From Thiotrichales bacterium (lineage in GTDB: Bacteria; Pseudomonadota; Gammaproteobacteria; Thiomicrospirales; Thiomicrospiraceae), in NCBI GenBank assembly GCA_016938655.1, contig JAFGUG010000067.1:18247-82246 (forward strand): DNA of 64,000 nt. The letters are read 5' to 3'. This document shows positions 1-13,148 of the stretch, one piece after another. The notes under the pieces are model-generated. The model was not told the DNA's origin and searched no databases. It worked only from the letters and a program-made list of their open reading frames with translations. A program made the translations under genes and the position numbers. How positions within the stretch are numbered: the first letter of the stretch is position 1; the number at the start of each line of letters is the position of its first letter.

Positions 1-187
1 GGCGGGAATGAAGCCAGAAAACTTTATCAAATTAATGAAAGACTACCGTGAAAATGCGTTTCCGAGCATCGTAATGCACGATGTAGCGTATGTTTTCACG
101 GATGCTGAAATTCAAGCGATGGCGGAGTACTTTGCTGCTCAAGAAGCGGTCGAGTGGACTCAGCCAGACTTTAAGGGAGCACACTAA
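1..187 (+). CDS. fccA: Cytochrome c subunit of flavocytochrome c sulfide dehydrogenase, 3' part (5' end outside window)
   Basis: Frame from nt 2 reads AGMKPENFIKLMKDYRENAFPSIVMHDVAYVFTDAEIQAMAEYFAAQ...GAH*, a class I cytochrome c C-terminus. Its TAA overlaps the fccB ATG (TAATG). Confidence 0.75.
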   Translation, partial: AGMKPENFIKLMKDYRENAFPSIVMHDVAYVFTDAEIQAMAEYFAAQEAVEWTQPDFKGAH

Positions 188-1488
188 TGAGCCAAATTAC
201 ACGACGTGATCTCATTAAAATCTTTGGTGCCAGTGCGGTTGCCAGCACCGGACTATTTGGGGCATCAAAAGCGGCATACGCCAATAACGCTGCACACATT
301 GTAGTCGTTGGTGGCGGAATTGGTGGCGCTTCATTTGCCAAGTACATGCGCTTAATCAATGCGGATGTCAAAATCACCATTATTGAACCAAAAGCGGAAT
401 ATATTTTCTGCCCAGGCAGTAACGAAATCTTCTCTGGTCACGAAACCTTAGAGAACTTAACGGTCAACTATAAAACCCTTAAAAACCGTTTTAAAATTGA
501 TGTTATCCAAGACATCGCGACCGAGATTAACTATGAAAAACACGAAATCTCAACGTCAAAAAATGGCAAAGTTGCCTATGACAAACTCGTTGTTTCTCCT
601 GGCCCAGAGTTCGTTTACGACTTTGTAGATGGCTACAATGCAGAACTCGCTGCGGGTGATTTTCCGCACGCTTGGAAAACCGGCCCACAGACTATGAAGC
701 TAAAACAGCAAATGGAAAGTATGCGCCAAGGGGGAACAATTTTAATCAGTTCACCACGCATGCCCTACCGCTGTCCTCCAGCACCTTATGAACGAGCTTC
801 GTTTATGGCCGCAGCATTGGAAAAAATTAATCCAACTGCAAAGATTTTAATCATGGACTCTAAAGACAATTATGTTTTCAAAGAACATTTTGAACACTAT
901 TGGAAAGATAAATATGGCTTTGGTACCGACAACGCTCGTATTGAGTGGGTACCTTCCAACCAAGGTGGAACGATTGCCAAATTGGATGCCGCTAATAAAA
1001 CGGTTGTAACCGCTAATGGCGACAAAATAAAAGCGGACGTGATTAACATCATTACCGAAGAAAAAGCAGGACGCTTTGCCAGTGCAAACGGTCTAACCGA
1101 TAAATCAGGCTGGGTACCTTTTGAACCGAAAACATTCGCATCCCTAGTTCATCCAGATGTCTATGTAATGGGTGATATGGTGGATGCTAACATGCCTAAA
1201 ACGGGTTACGTTGCCAGCAACCAAGGTAAAGTTATTGCAACCGCGATTCATGACATCCTAGCCGGTCGTGAACCGGGAACACCGTTCATTACCAACAACT
1301 GTGTCGCCATGGCAGGTGAAGATTTTGGTATGACCATTACCGCCACCTTCCGATATACCGGTGAAGGCAAAGGGTATTCAGTGCAAGAGCGTCGTTCAGC
1401 CGTAACGGATAACCCTTACACCAACCGTGTAAGAGCCGAAGTTGCTAAAAACTGGCAGCGTACTTTCCGTAAAGACATGTTTAGCTAA
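187..1488 (+). CDS. fccB: Flavocytochrome c sulfide dehydrogenase flavoprotein subunit (FccB/SoxF family)
   Basis: Tat signal (TRRDLIK), GGGIGG FAD-binding motif, YIFCPGSN (FAD-attachment Cys), YRCPPAPYERA and NNC active-site cysteines. Confidence 0.92.
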   Translation: MSQITRRDLIKIFGASAVASTGLFGASKAAYANNAAHIVVVGGGIGGASFAKYMRLINADVKITIIEPKAEYIFCPGSNEIFSGHETLENLTVNYKTLKNRFKIDVIQDIATEINYEKHEISTSKNGKVAYDKLVVSPGPEFVYDFVDGYNAELAAGDFPHAWKTGPQTMKLKQQMESMRQGGTILISSPRMPYRCPPAPYERASFMAAALEKINPTAKILIMDSKDNYVFKEHFEHYWKDKYGFGTDNARIEWVPSNQGGTIAKLDAANKTVVTANGDKIKADVINIITEEKAGRFASANGLTDKSGWVPFEPKTFASLVHPDVYVMGDMVDANMPKTGYVASNQGKVIATAIHDILAGREPGTPFITNNCVAMAGEDFGMTITATFRYTGEGKGYSVQERRSAVTDNPYTNRVRAEVAKNWQRTFRKDMFS

Positions 1489-1499
1489 GGGATACGACA

Positions 1500-2213
1500 A
1501 TGAAGAAAACACTATTACTCCGTGCCCTAGCATTAGGGACACTGGCCGCCGCGTTAAGCGGGGTTGCTTTAGCTGAAACAGGACATCATATGCCAAAGGC
1601 CGAAGCTTGGTCTATGAGCACATGGAACCAGACAGTTAGCGACATGCCTCAAGGCGATGCCATCAAAGGTGCCGATTTACACCGTGAAGCCATGTGCATG
1701 ACTTGTCATGGCGATAAAGGCCAAGCGCCATCACGCAATGTACCAAGCCTAGCAGGCAATACAATTGAGTATAACTATAAAACCTTAATGGATTATCAAT
1801 CCGGTTTACGTAACGAAGGCGATGGTAAATCCGCTGTTATGGCTGCGGCGACTCATAACCTAACCAAGCAAGATATGGCAGATTTAGCCGCCTATTACGC
1901 TCAGTTTGCGATGATTTCACAACCAGCGATTGAACAGGTTGATCCTGCGATTGACCGCTTGGTTCGCAAAGGCGATGCCAGTCGCATGATCGTACCTTGC
2001 GCCTCATGTCACGGGGCACACGGTGAAGGCAATGCGATCACGCCTGCGCTAGCCGGTCAAACTGCACATTATTTCGTTCGTACCATGCAAGCTTATAAGC
2101 ACAAGCACCGTACCAACGACATCAATGAAGGAATGGCACAATTTACGCACGACCTAACGGATGCAGAAATCCAAGCGTTAGCGGATTACTATGCATCACT
2201 AAATGCAAAATAA
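1500..2213 (+). CDS. Periplasmic diheme cytochrome c (c4-like)
   Basis: Signal peptide, two CxxCH motifs (CMTCH, CASCH), each followed by PxLAG and a distal Met. Confidence 0.9.
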   Translation: MKKTLLLRALALGTLAAALSGVALAETGHHMPKAEAWSMSTWNQTVSDMPQGDAIKGADLHREAMCMTCHGDKGQAPSRNVPSLAGNTIEYNYKTLMDYQSGLRNEGDGKSAVMAAATHNLTKQDMADLAAYYAQFAMISQPAIEQVDPAIDRLVRKGDASRMIVPCASCHGAHGEGNAITPALAGQTAHYFVRTMQAYKHKHRTNDINEGMAQFTHDLTDAEIQALADYYASLNAK

Positions 2214-2223
2214 GGAGACAGTT

Positions 2224-2322
2224 ATGAGTGGAAAAAAAGCTATTCTTTGGGGCCTTATTTTAACGTTTGGATCAATTGCGCTCATGTGGTGGTTAAGCAC
2301 CATGACGGTTGTTGCTGTGTAA
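2224..2322 (+). CDS. Unannotated 32-aa single-TM microprotein (MSGKKAILWGLILTFGSIALMWWLSTMTVVAV)
   Basis: AAGGAG RBS at 2212-2217, ATG at 2224, TAA at 2320-2322. Basic N-terminus then a hydrophobic helix; lies before the operon terminator. Confidence 0.7.
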   Translation: MSGKKAILWGLILTFGSIALMWWLSTMTVVAV

Positions 2323-2362
2323 AGCTGGCCTAAACGCATTAAAAAAAGACTCTCCTAAGTCC

Positions 2363-2394
2363 ACCTCTCAAAGCACCGCTTTGGGAGGTTTTTT
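2363..2394 (+). terminator. Rho-independent terminator of the fcc/cytochrome operon
   Basis: ACCTCTCAAAGC / GCTTTGGGAGGT stem followed by a T run. Confidence 0.8.
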
Positions 2395-2512
2395 ATTAGC
2401 TAAATCAGAAAATATTAATCCCTGGTTACTTAACCATTCATTTTAAGTTACCATGCATTAGTATTTTTTATATAAGACACTGTCATCAATAAAACACCAA
2501 GGACAACACGCC

Positions 2513-2794
2513 ATGAAAACCTTAAAAATCTTCTCTATTTTAGAGGGAACATCGCTCATCTTACTGCTCTTTATTGCTGTACCGTTAAAGCGTTTAATGG
2601 ACATGCCAGAAGCCGTGAGCATTATTGGCCCCATTCACGGTGGACTGTTTGTTCTGTTCAACCTCATTCTAATCTGGGCAGTGATCAAGCATGGCTTAAA
2701 AGTAAAACACGCTGTAATTGGATTTATCGCATCACTTTTACCATTTGGAAGCTTTATATTTAAAGCCAAAATATTGAAGCAATATGAAGACTAA
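2513..2794 (+). CDS. Small integral membrane protein (DUF3817-like)
   Basis: Motifs LEGTSLILLLFIAVPLK, GPIHGGLF and ASLLPFG; three hydrophobic segments. Confidence 0.8.
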   Translation: MKTLKIFSILEGTSLILLLFIAVPLKRLMDMPEAVSIIGPIHGGLFVLFNLILIWAVIKHGLKVKHAVIGFIASLLPFGSFIFKAKILKQYED

Positions 2795-3203
2795 CATTTC
2801 AAATGCAGCAGGCCTGCCTTTTTCCCTAAACATGGATGCCCGTGACCATGAGTGTGACATTCAAGGTGTGGTCAATAATGCCAATTACCAGCACTACTTT
2901 GAGCACGCTCGTCACCGTTTTTTATTAGATAACAATATCGACTTTGCCGAGCTTGCTCAACAAGGCATTAATCTAATGGTTTCTAAAATAGAGATTGAAT
3001 ACCTAGGCTCGATTGTCGCTCATGACCAGTTTTATGTCACCGTAGAAGTGGCCGCTGAATCTAAAATTCGTTATCAATTTATCCAAAAAATTTATAACAC
3101 GCAAACCAATGCGTTACTTGCCCACGCTAAAACCATGGTTGTGACGGTTGGCAATAATAAAAAACCACTACGAAATACTCCGCTTAAAAATCTACTCAGT
3201 TAA
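2784..3203 (+). CDS. Acyl-CoA thioesterase (YbgC/4HBT hotdog family)
   Basis: ECDIQGVVNNANYQHYFEHAR motif. Confidence 0.88.
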   Translation: MKTNISNAAGLPFSLNMDARDHECDIQGVVNNANYQHYFEHARHRFLLDNNIDFAELAQQGINLMVSKIEIEYLGSIVAHDQFYVTVEVAAESKIRYQFIQKIYNTQTNALLAHAKTMVVTVGNNKKPLRNTPLKNLLS

Positions 3204-3348
3204 AGAGCTCATGCTTAGTTTAAGCGGTGTTTAAAAGACACATTTAGGTCATCAAAGTGTCTTTCTAATTCTTTTATTTTTTTAGCATAATATGCAATAC
3301 TGTCCTTAGATTTAATTCGTTGAATAGATTCAACACAAAGGTGTCGCA

Positions 3349-5670
3349 GTGGCAAAAATTTTAAAATTCTTTTCTGAATATCTGCTATTCATCTTAATGA
3401 CCTTTCTTCTTAGTGCGATTACTGCGATCTTTTGGCACAACTACGAAAATAACAAGCATATTGCCGAACAAATTGCCTTAGATGAAGCTAAGAATTTGAC
3501 CACTGCGGTTGTAAAAGCTCGAGACTATTACACCAGTCGCCTTCTACCCATCATCAAAGAGAACAAAGCGGTTGTCACGCATGAATTTGAAGCCAATCCT
3601 GGCTTCTTTCCACTCCCTGCTACGTTTGCCAAAGACTTTGGTAAATTTATGTCTTCGAATCACGCTCAATACCGCGTCAAAATGTACAGCGATATGCCCT
3701 TCACTTGGCGCCAACAAACGCTCGATGGCTTTGAGAAGAGTGCGATGAGTTTCCTTCGTGAAAATCCAGATGTGCCTTATTGGCGAATTGAAAATGACCT
3801 ATCAGGCACCCCGATATTACGTTATGCCATTGCAGACAAACTGAAACAAAGCTGTGTCGCTTGTCATAACAGCTATCCAGGCACACCTAAAACAGACTGG
3901 AAAGTTGGGGATGTTCGAGGCGTATTCTCCATCTCTCGACCAATAAGCCACTTAACGGTTGAAATTAAACAAAATGCTTGGCAATCCTTTTTGTTAATTT
4001 TAGGCATTACCATCCTGACCTTTCTGGTTCTAACACTGATTATGAAACGCATGAAGCGAACACTGAATAAGTCAGAGTCATTAGTCGATACCATGAAGGA
4101 GATGAACATTAGTTTGGCACATGCCAAAGAAAAAGCTGAAACATCGACTCAAATGAAGTCAGAATTTTTGGCCAATATGAGCCATGAAATTCGCACGCCA
4201 ATGAATGGCATTATCGGCATGGCTGACCTTTTAAAAGACTCTGACTTAAACACCGCACAGAGAGAGGCGTTAGATAATGTATCAATCAGTGCCCACGCTC
4301 TATTGGATATCATTAATGACATTTTAGATTTCTCTAAAATTGAAGCCGGTAAGCTGGCAATTCACAAAGAGGCATTTGACTTTATTCAAATGATTGAAAG
4401 TGCCATTGCGATGGTATCAGATAGACTCTATAAAAAAGGGTTAATGTTCTCTTATTACGTAGACCCTAGCTTACCTAAAATGGTTTTAAGTGACGAAACT
4501 CGTATTCGCCAAATCATACTCAATCTGATGAGTAACGCCTTTAAGTTTACTGAAAAAGGGTCAATCCAAATTGAACTTACTTGGGCTAAAGCGTCGAAAG
4601 GACTCATTAAATTTCAAGTAACCGATAGTGGCATTGGCATATCCGAGTCCGCACAAAAGAAACTCTTCAAAGCCTTTACGCAAGAAGATGGGTCTACCAC
4701 CCGCAACTATGGTGGAACCGGTCTTGGACTATCCATCTCCAAGCAGCTTGCAGAGTTGCTTGGTGGTGACATTGGCTTTGTGAGCGAAAAAGGTGTGGGC
4801 TCAACATTCTGGTTTACCTTCAAGCATTTTGGCGAACAACACGAACCATGCTTAAGCCCATTCCCTGAGCCCAAAATCATCAACGCATTAAGTAATGACA
4901 GCGTCGCATTAGAAATGGTGGTCAAACAGTTTAAAAAACTAAATATTGAGCTTATAAGACATGACTCCTTAGAGGCCGTTTTGGCTTTTCAAAAACGCCA
5001 ACCGGATGCCATCGTCATTATTGATTACAACAGCTTATTAAGCCACAACCTAACACTCAACAACCTTAAAAAGACCCTCATCGACAATGACTACAAAGTT
5101 ATTTTATTGTGTACACCTCCCCAAGTTCATCAAGAGAAAATTCATCAATGGCTGACCGAAAACAACGTAATCGGCATTAAAAAACCGATGTCCTACTCTT
5201 CTATTGCTCAGTCGTTCAAGTACATTCAAGATAAGACTGCCCAACCCCGTTCTGTTAAAACAAAACCCTCTGCAATTGATGCAAAAGGCAAAAAAATATT
5301 ACTGGTTGAAGATAACACCGTTAATCAGATTTTAGCGTTAGCACTCCTGAAAAAGATGGGGGTTGATTCTGAACTAGCGCAAAATGGTGAGGACGCACTG
5401 CAAAAGCTCAAAGAAGGGGCTTTTGATCTAGTCTTAATGGACTGCCAAATGCCGGTAATGGACGGCTATGAAGCGACTCGTCAACTCAGAAAAATGCCTT
5501 CACCCTTGGCTGAGATTCCTGTTGTCGCCATGACAGCGAATGCGATTAAAGGTGATGACGAAAAATGTTTTGCCGCTGGCATGGATGACTACATGACAAA
5601 ACCAATTAATCCCGCGATATTAAAAGAAAAAATCATCCAGTGGTTAAAACTTGAACAGAGTACGGATTAA
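3349..5670 (+). CDS. Hybrid sensor histidine kinase/response regulator with periplasmic c-heme (DUF3365/Tll0287-like) sensor domain
   Basis: Two TM helices flanking SCVACHN...WKVGDVRG; H-box [15 protein letters not shown]; N/G boxes; C-terminal receiver domain (LLVEDN, LMDCQMP, KP). Confidence 0.92.
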   Translation: MAKILKFFSEYLLFILMTFLLSAITAIFWHNYENNKHIAEQIALDEAKNLTTAVVKARDYYTSRLLPIIKENKAVVTHEFEANPGFFPLPATFAKDFGKFMSSNHAQYRVKMYSDMPFTWRQQTLDGFEKSAMSFLRENPDVPYWRIENDLSGTPILRYAIADKLKQSCVACHNSYPGTPKTDWKVGDVRGVFSISRPISHLTVEIKQNAWQSFLLILGITILTFLVLTLIMKRMKRTLNKSESLVDTMKEMNISLAHAKEKAETSTQMKSEFLANMSHEIRTPMNGIIGMADLLKDSDLNTAQREALDNVSISAHALLDIINDILDFSKIEAGKLAIHKEAFDFIQMIESAIAMVSDRLYKKGLMFSYYVDPSLPKMVLSDETRIRQIILNLMSNAFKFTEKGSIQIELTWAKASKGLIKFQVTDSGIGISESAQKKLFKAFTQEDGSTTRNYGGTGLGLSISKQLAELLGGDIGFVSEKGVGSTFWFTFKHFGEQHEPCLSPFPEPKIINALSNDSVALEMVVKQFKKLNIELIRHDSLEAVLAFQKRQPDAIVIIDYNSLLSHNLTLNNLKKTLIDNDYKVILLCTPPQVHQEKIHQWLTENNVIGIKKPMSYSSIAQSFKYIQDKTAQPRSVKTKPSAIDAKGKKILLVEDNTVNQILALALLKKMGVDSELAQNGEDALQKLKEGAFDLVLMDCQMPVMDGYEATRQLRKMPSPLAEIPVVAMTANAIKGDDEKCFAAGMDDYMTKPINPAILKEKIIQWLKLEQSTD

Positions 5671-5739
5671 ACTTACCCTTAAACTCTCTGCTTAATTCCA
5701 TCCTGTCAAATCAAAGTAAGCAGGCCTTCTCACTTGCAT

Positions 5740-5775
5740 AAAAAAGCCAGCCAATGAATATTACTGGCTGGCTTT
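5740..5775. terminator. Terminator between the convergent kinase gene and katG
   Basis: AAAAAAGCCAGCCA...TGGCTGGCTTT hairpin; U-tail on the minus strand. Confidence 0.8.
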
Positions 5776-5805
5776 GGTTATATAGGCGTTTAGAGTCTGG
5801 TTTAA

Positions 5806-8058
<2,253 letters not shown>

Positions 8059-8079
8059 TCAATTGAAATGAATAATTTG

Positions 8080-8094
8080 ATAGTTTTTCTCTAT
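8080..8094. promoter_or_regulatory. Putative OxyR/LysR-type site upstream of katG
   Basis: Perfect ATAG-N7-CTAT (ATAGTTTTTCTCTAT) about 100 bp upstream of the katG start. A second half-site is not obvious. Confidence 0.45.
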
Positions 8095-8241
8095 ATCAGT
8101 GTTTGCTTAAGTATTTTTACCCTATCCATCAGGGTTCCCTATTCATTGAACCAATTAATTAAACCCAAACGTTAAACTTCATTATTCTTATCTACCTATC
8201 AATTAAAGTTATTGCTTTGCTTATGAATGTCTTCTAAGAAA

Positions 8242-8988
8242 TTGACAGGCCTGTTAACTTTTAAATTCTTAAATCCTTAAATTCAAGACAATAAAAAACC
8301 CTGTAAACCTAAGAGACTTACAGGGTTTAAAAACAACCTTTTTAGCGATCGTTTTTTCAAGGTCAAGGCGCTGTGCAGCGAAGTTTAGTGTACTAAACGA
8401 GTTGAACAGCAACGCAGAGATTGGCAAAACAAGCAGGCCTGCCAACTTTTCAATTCTTAAACTCAAGACAATAAAAAACCCTGCAAACCAAAGAGACTTA
8501 CAGGGTTTAAAAACACATTTTTAGCGAGCGTTTTTGCGAAGGTCAAGGCGCTTTAAGGGGAAGCTTAGATTAACTAAGCGACGCTTAAAGCAACGTAGAG
8601 ATTGGCAAAACAAGCAGGTCTGCCAACTTTTCAATTCTCAAACTCAAGACAATAAAAAAACCCGCAAACCAAAAAGATTTACAGGGCTCTAAAAACACAT
8701 TTTTAGCGAGCGTTTTTGCGAAGGTCAGCGCCTTAAGGGGAAGCTTAGATATTAACTAAGCGACGCTTAAAGCAGCGTAGAGATTGGCAAAACAAGCAGG
8801 CCTGCCAACTTTTCAATTCTTAAACTCAAGACAATAAAAAGCCCCGCAAATCAAAATGATTTACAGGGCTCTAAAAACACATTTTTAGCGAGCGTTTTTG
8901 CGAAGTTCAAGGCGCTGTTCAGCGAAGTTTAGTGAACTAAATAAGTTGATCAGCAACGCAGAGATTCGTAAAACAAGCCGCTAAAAAA
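8242..8988. repeat. Tandem array of four ~181-bp structured units (terminator hairpin + ERIC-like long hairpin + CAGGCCTG palindrome)
   Basis: TCAAGACAATAAAAA recurs at 8283, 8463, 8644 and 8826 (periods 180, 181, 182). A partial junction copy is at 8242-8280. Confidence 0.95.
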
Positions 8989-10056
<1,068 letters not shown>

Positions 10057-10120
10057 TTATAATTTGTATTTGAATTCTGTGTGCCCGCTATTTTAATAGC
10101 GAGCAAATTTAAGTCAACAC

Positions 10121-10612
10121 TTAGATATGTAGACACTTTTCTCCGCGCAACACACCGACCGTTCCTGAACGCACTGTTTCAAGAATTAACCCTGGATCAA
10201 TAGCATTGATAAAGGCATCGAGTTTCTGACTTTGACCCACCATTTGCACGGTGTAAGTAGTGCCTGTTACGTCAATAATGTCACCACGGAAAATTTCCGT
10301 TAGGCGACTGAACTCTTCGCGCATTTCACCGGTTGCAGAGAGTTTGATTAACATGAGCTCACGTTCAATATGTGACCCCTCTGTTAAATCAAGCACCTTA
10401 ACTACGTCGATTAGACGGTTTAGATGTTTTACAATCTGTTCGATTTGCTGTTCGGTTCCACTGGTCACTAAAGTTAAGCGCGATAAACTCTCGTCTTCAG
10501 TTGGTGCTACCGTTAATGCGTGAATGTTATAACCACGCGCTGAAAACAGGCCGGATACTCTAGACAAAGCACCCGATTCGTTTTCCATCAACATTGAAAT
10601 TACATGTTTCAT
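10121..10612 (-). CDS. ilvN: Acetolactate synthase small (regulatory) subunit, IlvH/IlvN
   Basis: ENESGALSRVSGLFSARGYNI ACT domain, ERELMLIK; lies between ilvB and ilvC. Confidence 0.96.
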   Translation of the reverse strand: MKHVISMLMENESGALSRVSGLFSARGYNIHALTVAPTEDESLSRLTLVTSGTEQQIEQIVKHLNRLIDVVKVLDLTEGSHIERELMLIKLSATGEMREEFSRLTEIFRGDIIDVTGTTYTVQMVGQSQKLDAFINAIDPGLILETVRSGTVGVLRGEKCLHI

Positions 10613-10622
10613 CAAGTCACCC

Positions 10623-12326
10623 CTACACCAAAATCATTTCATTTAATCCAGCTCCCGCTGGAATCATTGGGTAAACGTTTTCTTGCTGATCAGTAATAAT
10701 ATCAACAAAGACCAAACGATCTTTATACTTTTCCGAAAACACCTCTTCCAACTGCGCATACATGGTTTTAGGGTCATCAATGCGCACACCAACGTGATAA
10801 TAAGATTCGGCTAATTTTACAAAATCAGGTAGCGAATCCATATAAGACATCGAGTAACGACGCTCATAGAAGAACTCTTGCCACTGACGAACCATACCTA
10901 AGAAACCGTTGTTTAAGCAGATGATTTTGACCGGTAAACCATACTGTAAACAGGTAGAAAGTTCTTGGATATTCATTTGAATAGACCCTTCACCTGTTAC
11001 ACAAATTACCGTTGCATCTGGAAATGCCATTTGCACACCCATTGCAGAAGGCAGACCAAAGCCCATCGTGCCTAAACCACCTGAGTTAATCCAACGACGT
11101 GGCTTATCAAACGGGTAGTACTGAGCCGCATACATTTGGTGCTGACCCACATCAGAGGTTACGTAAGCATCCCCCTTGGTGATCTCCCAAATCGCTTGAA
11201 CAGCGGCTTGTGGCTTAATTTTAGAGCCTAACGTATCGTAACGTAAGCAATCCGTTGCTCGCCACTCCTCAATTTGAGTCCACCATTGTTCAAGCGCAGC
11301 TGCATCCGATTTACTATCAGTCGCATCTAGCACAACGTTCATCTCAGCTAACACTTGTTTAACCGGTCCCACGATTGGAATATCAACAATGACATTTTTA
11401 GAGATTGAAGCCGGATCGATATCCACATGGATAATTTTAGCATCCGGACAAAACTTCTCTAAGTTACCAGTCACACGGTCATCAAAACGTGCCCCAATAG
11501 CGATAATTAAATCACTGTGGTGCATCGATAAGTTTGCCTCATAGGTTCCATGCATACCCAGCATGCCCAATGCTTGCTTATCAGAAGCAGGGAAAGCCCC
11601 TAGCCCCATCAAAGTTTGCACAATTGGAAACCCTAATTTATGAGTCATTTTTGTTAATTCTGCAGACGCATCGCCCAAAATGACACCACCACCGGTGTAT
11701 AAAATTGGACGCTTCGCAGCAAGCATCATTTCCACAGCTTTCTTAATCTGTCCACTGTGACCTTTCGTCACAGGTTGATAGGAGCGTATTTCAACTTCTT
11801 GTGGATATTCATAGTTGCTTTTGGCGTTTTGTACATCTTTCGGGATATCAACGACAACTGGGCCTGGTCGGCCGGTTGTAGCAAGGTGAAACGCTTTTTT
11901 GAGCGTAATTGCTAGATCATTAACATCCTTGACCAAGAAGTTGTGTTTTACGATTGGACGAGTAACCCCTACTGTATCAATCTCTTGGAACGCATCCAAG
12001 CCGATCATTGACGTAGGCACCTGGCCGGTAATGCAAACCATAGGAATTGAATCCATATAAGCGGTCGCAATGCCTGTAACGGCATTGGTTGCACCCGGTC
12101 CAGAAGTTACTAATACCACTCCTGGTTTACCTGTAGAACGCGCATATCCATCTGCAGCATGCACTGCAGCTTGTTCGTGACGCACCAAAATATGATTTAA
12201 ATTTTTGCCGTCTGTATCCAAGGCATCGTAAATTGGCAATACTGCCCCACCTGGATAACCCCATATATGCTCTACTCCCTCATCTTCAAGGTAATTTACG
12301 AAGATTTGGGCACCAGTCATTTCCAC
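10623..12326 (-). CDS. ilvB: Acetolactate synthase large subunit (IlvI/IlvB)
   Basis: [23 protein letters not shown] and SGGLGTMG motifs. Start estimated at GTG 12326 (GGAGG RBS at 12336-12340). Confidence 0.96.
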   Translation of the reverse strand: MEMTGAQIFVNYLEDEGVEHIWGYPGGAVLPIYDALDTDGKNLNHILVRHEQAAVHAADGYARSTGKPGVVLVTSGPGATNAVTGIATAYMDSIPMVCITGQVPTSMIGLDAFQEIDTVGVTRPIVKHNFLVKDVNDLAITLKKAFHLATTGRPGPVVVDIPKDVQNAKSNYEYPQEVEIRSYQPVTKGHSGQIKKAVEMMLAAKRPILYTGGGVILGDASAELTKMTHKLGFPIVQTLMGLGAFPASDKQALGMLGMHGTYEANLSMHHSDLIIAIGARFDDRVTGNLEKFCPDAKIIHVDIDPASISKNVIVDIPIVGPVKQVLAEMNVVLDATDSKSDAAALEQWWTQIEEWRATDCLRYDTLGSKIKPQAAVQAIWEITKGDAYVTSDVGQHQMYAAQYYPFDKPRRWINSGGLGTMGFGLPSAMGVQMAFPDATVICVTGEGSIQMNIQELSTCLQYGLPVKIICLNNGFLGMVRQWQEFFYERRYSMSYMDSLPDFVKLAESYYHVGVRIDDPKTMYAQLEEVFSEKYKDRLVFVDIITDQQENVYPMIPAGAGLNEMILV

Positions 12327-12666
12327 AACCACGGTCCTCCATTTAAATCTCAATAATTGCTGCAAAATTCTATTTAAAAAACAAGAAGTAAGCAATTTCA
12401 ACTATTAAGGTCAAACTTTCAAATATCCGCCTATTTTTTTTAGGCGGGAAAAGGTAGAATTATATAAAATTTTGAACCTTTTATAAACCATTAAAACCGA
12501 GAAAGTTCAACTAAATCAAAAAGAGAGGGAAGTGATAAAACAATCAGCAAAAAAACAGAATAAAGAGTTGAAACAAGATGACTACCTTGCTCTTTTTTAA
12601 GGTCAAATAAGAGGACAATACGACCAGATTTTGATTAAGAAAACTTTTTTCCTGTCCAGAAATGAC

Positions 12667-12700
12667 AAAACGCCCAATGAAAAATCATTGAGCGTTTTTT
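12667..12700. terminator. Terminator hairpin downstream of the PEP-CTERM-like gene
   Basis: AAAACGCCCAATGA...TCATTGAGCGTTTTTT. Confidence 0.7.
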
Positions 12701-12765
12701 GGAGAGGTAGAGCGAATACCTCAAAACAAACAGTTATGCATTTTTTTAAGCTAAATGAGTCTAGC

Positions 12766-13107
12766 TTATTTGCTTTTTAGTCGAGCCCCAGCCACCATGC
12801 TTAGAACACCAAACCCCAACACCATCAAGGCTGCCGTATTGGGCTCCGAGACAGGAGAAGCGATGCTTTCTATCGACTCAGGAGATTCGGCATAGGTTTT
12901 TGTAATTTCTTTTTGGTCTGATTGCTCAAGTGAGGCAACGGTCATATCGCACGTATGAAGTGCAATAGAACCGGACTCACCTTGCTGAACACAACTAGAA
13001 TCCAATTGAAAATCTAATTCTGATGAAACCTTCTGAGTATTTGCATGAACTGATGTTGCTGTAAGCATAACTGCAATTAACAGACTCTTAAACATTGCCG
13101 CTTTCAT
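12766..13107 (-). CDS. Small secreted protein with PEP-CTERM-like (VSEP) sorting signal
   Basis: Signal peptide (...SVHA); C-terminus PVSEPNTAALMVLGFGVLSMVAGARLKSK, i.e. xEP motif, TM helix and basic tail. Confidence 0.75.
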   Translation of the reverse strand: MKAAMFKSLLIAVMLTATSVHANTQKVSSELDFQLDSSCVQQGESGSIALHTCDMTVASLEQSDQKEITKTYAESPESIESIASPVSEPNTAALMVLGFGVLSMVAGARLKSK

Positions 13108-13148
13108 AATAATGGAAACCTTCTAAATAATATTTATTTGTTAGACCA

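Noticed and set aside
8269-8466. 65-aa ORF inside the repeat array
   Set aside because: The frame is not preserved across units (periods 181 and 182), there is no clear RBS, and the sequence is better explained as a structured repeat.
8242-8988. Tandem array as a CRISPR array
   Set aside because: Units are ~181 bp and similar along their whole length, with no unique spacers and no cas genes in the window.
12340-12470. Attenuator or leader peptide upstream of ilvB
   Set aside because: A hairpin (CCGCCTA-T7-TAGGCGG, 12427-12447) follows a TATAAT box, but I found no Ile/Leu/Val-rich leader ORF and no U-tail in the sense direction.
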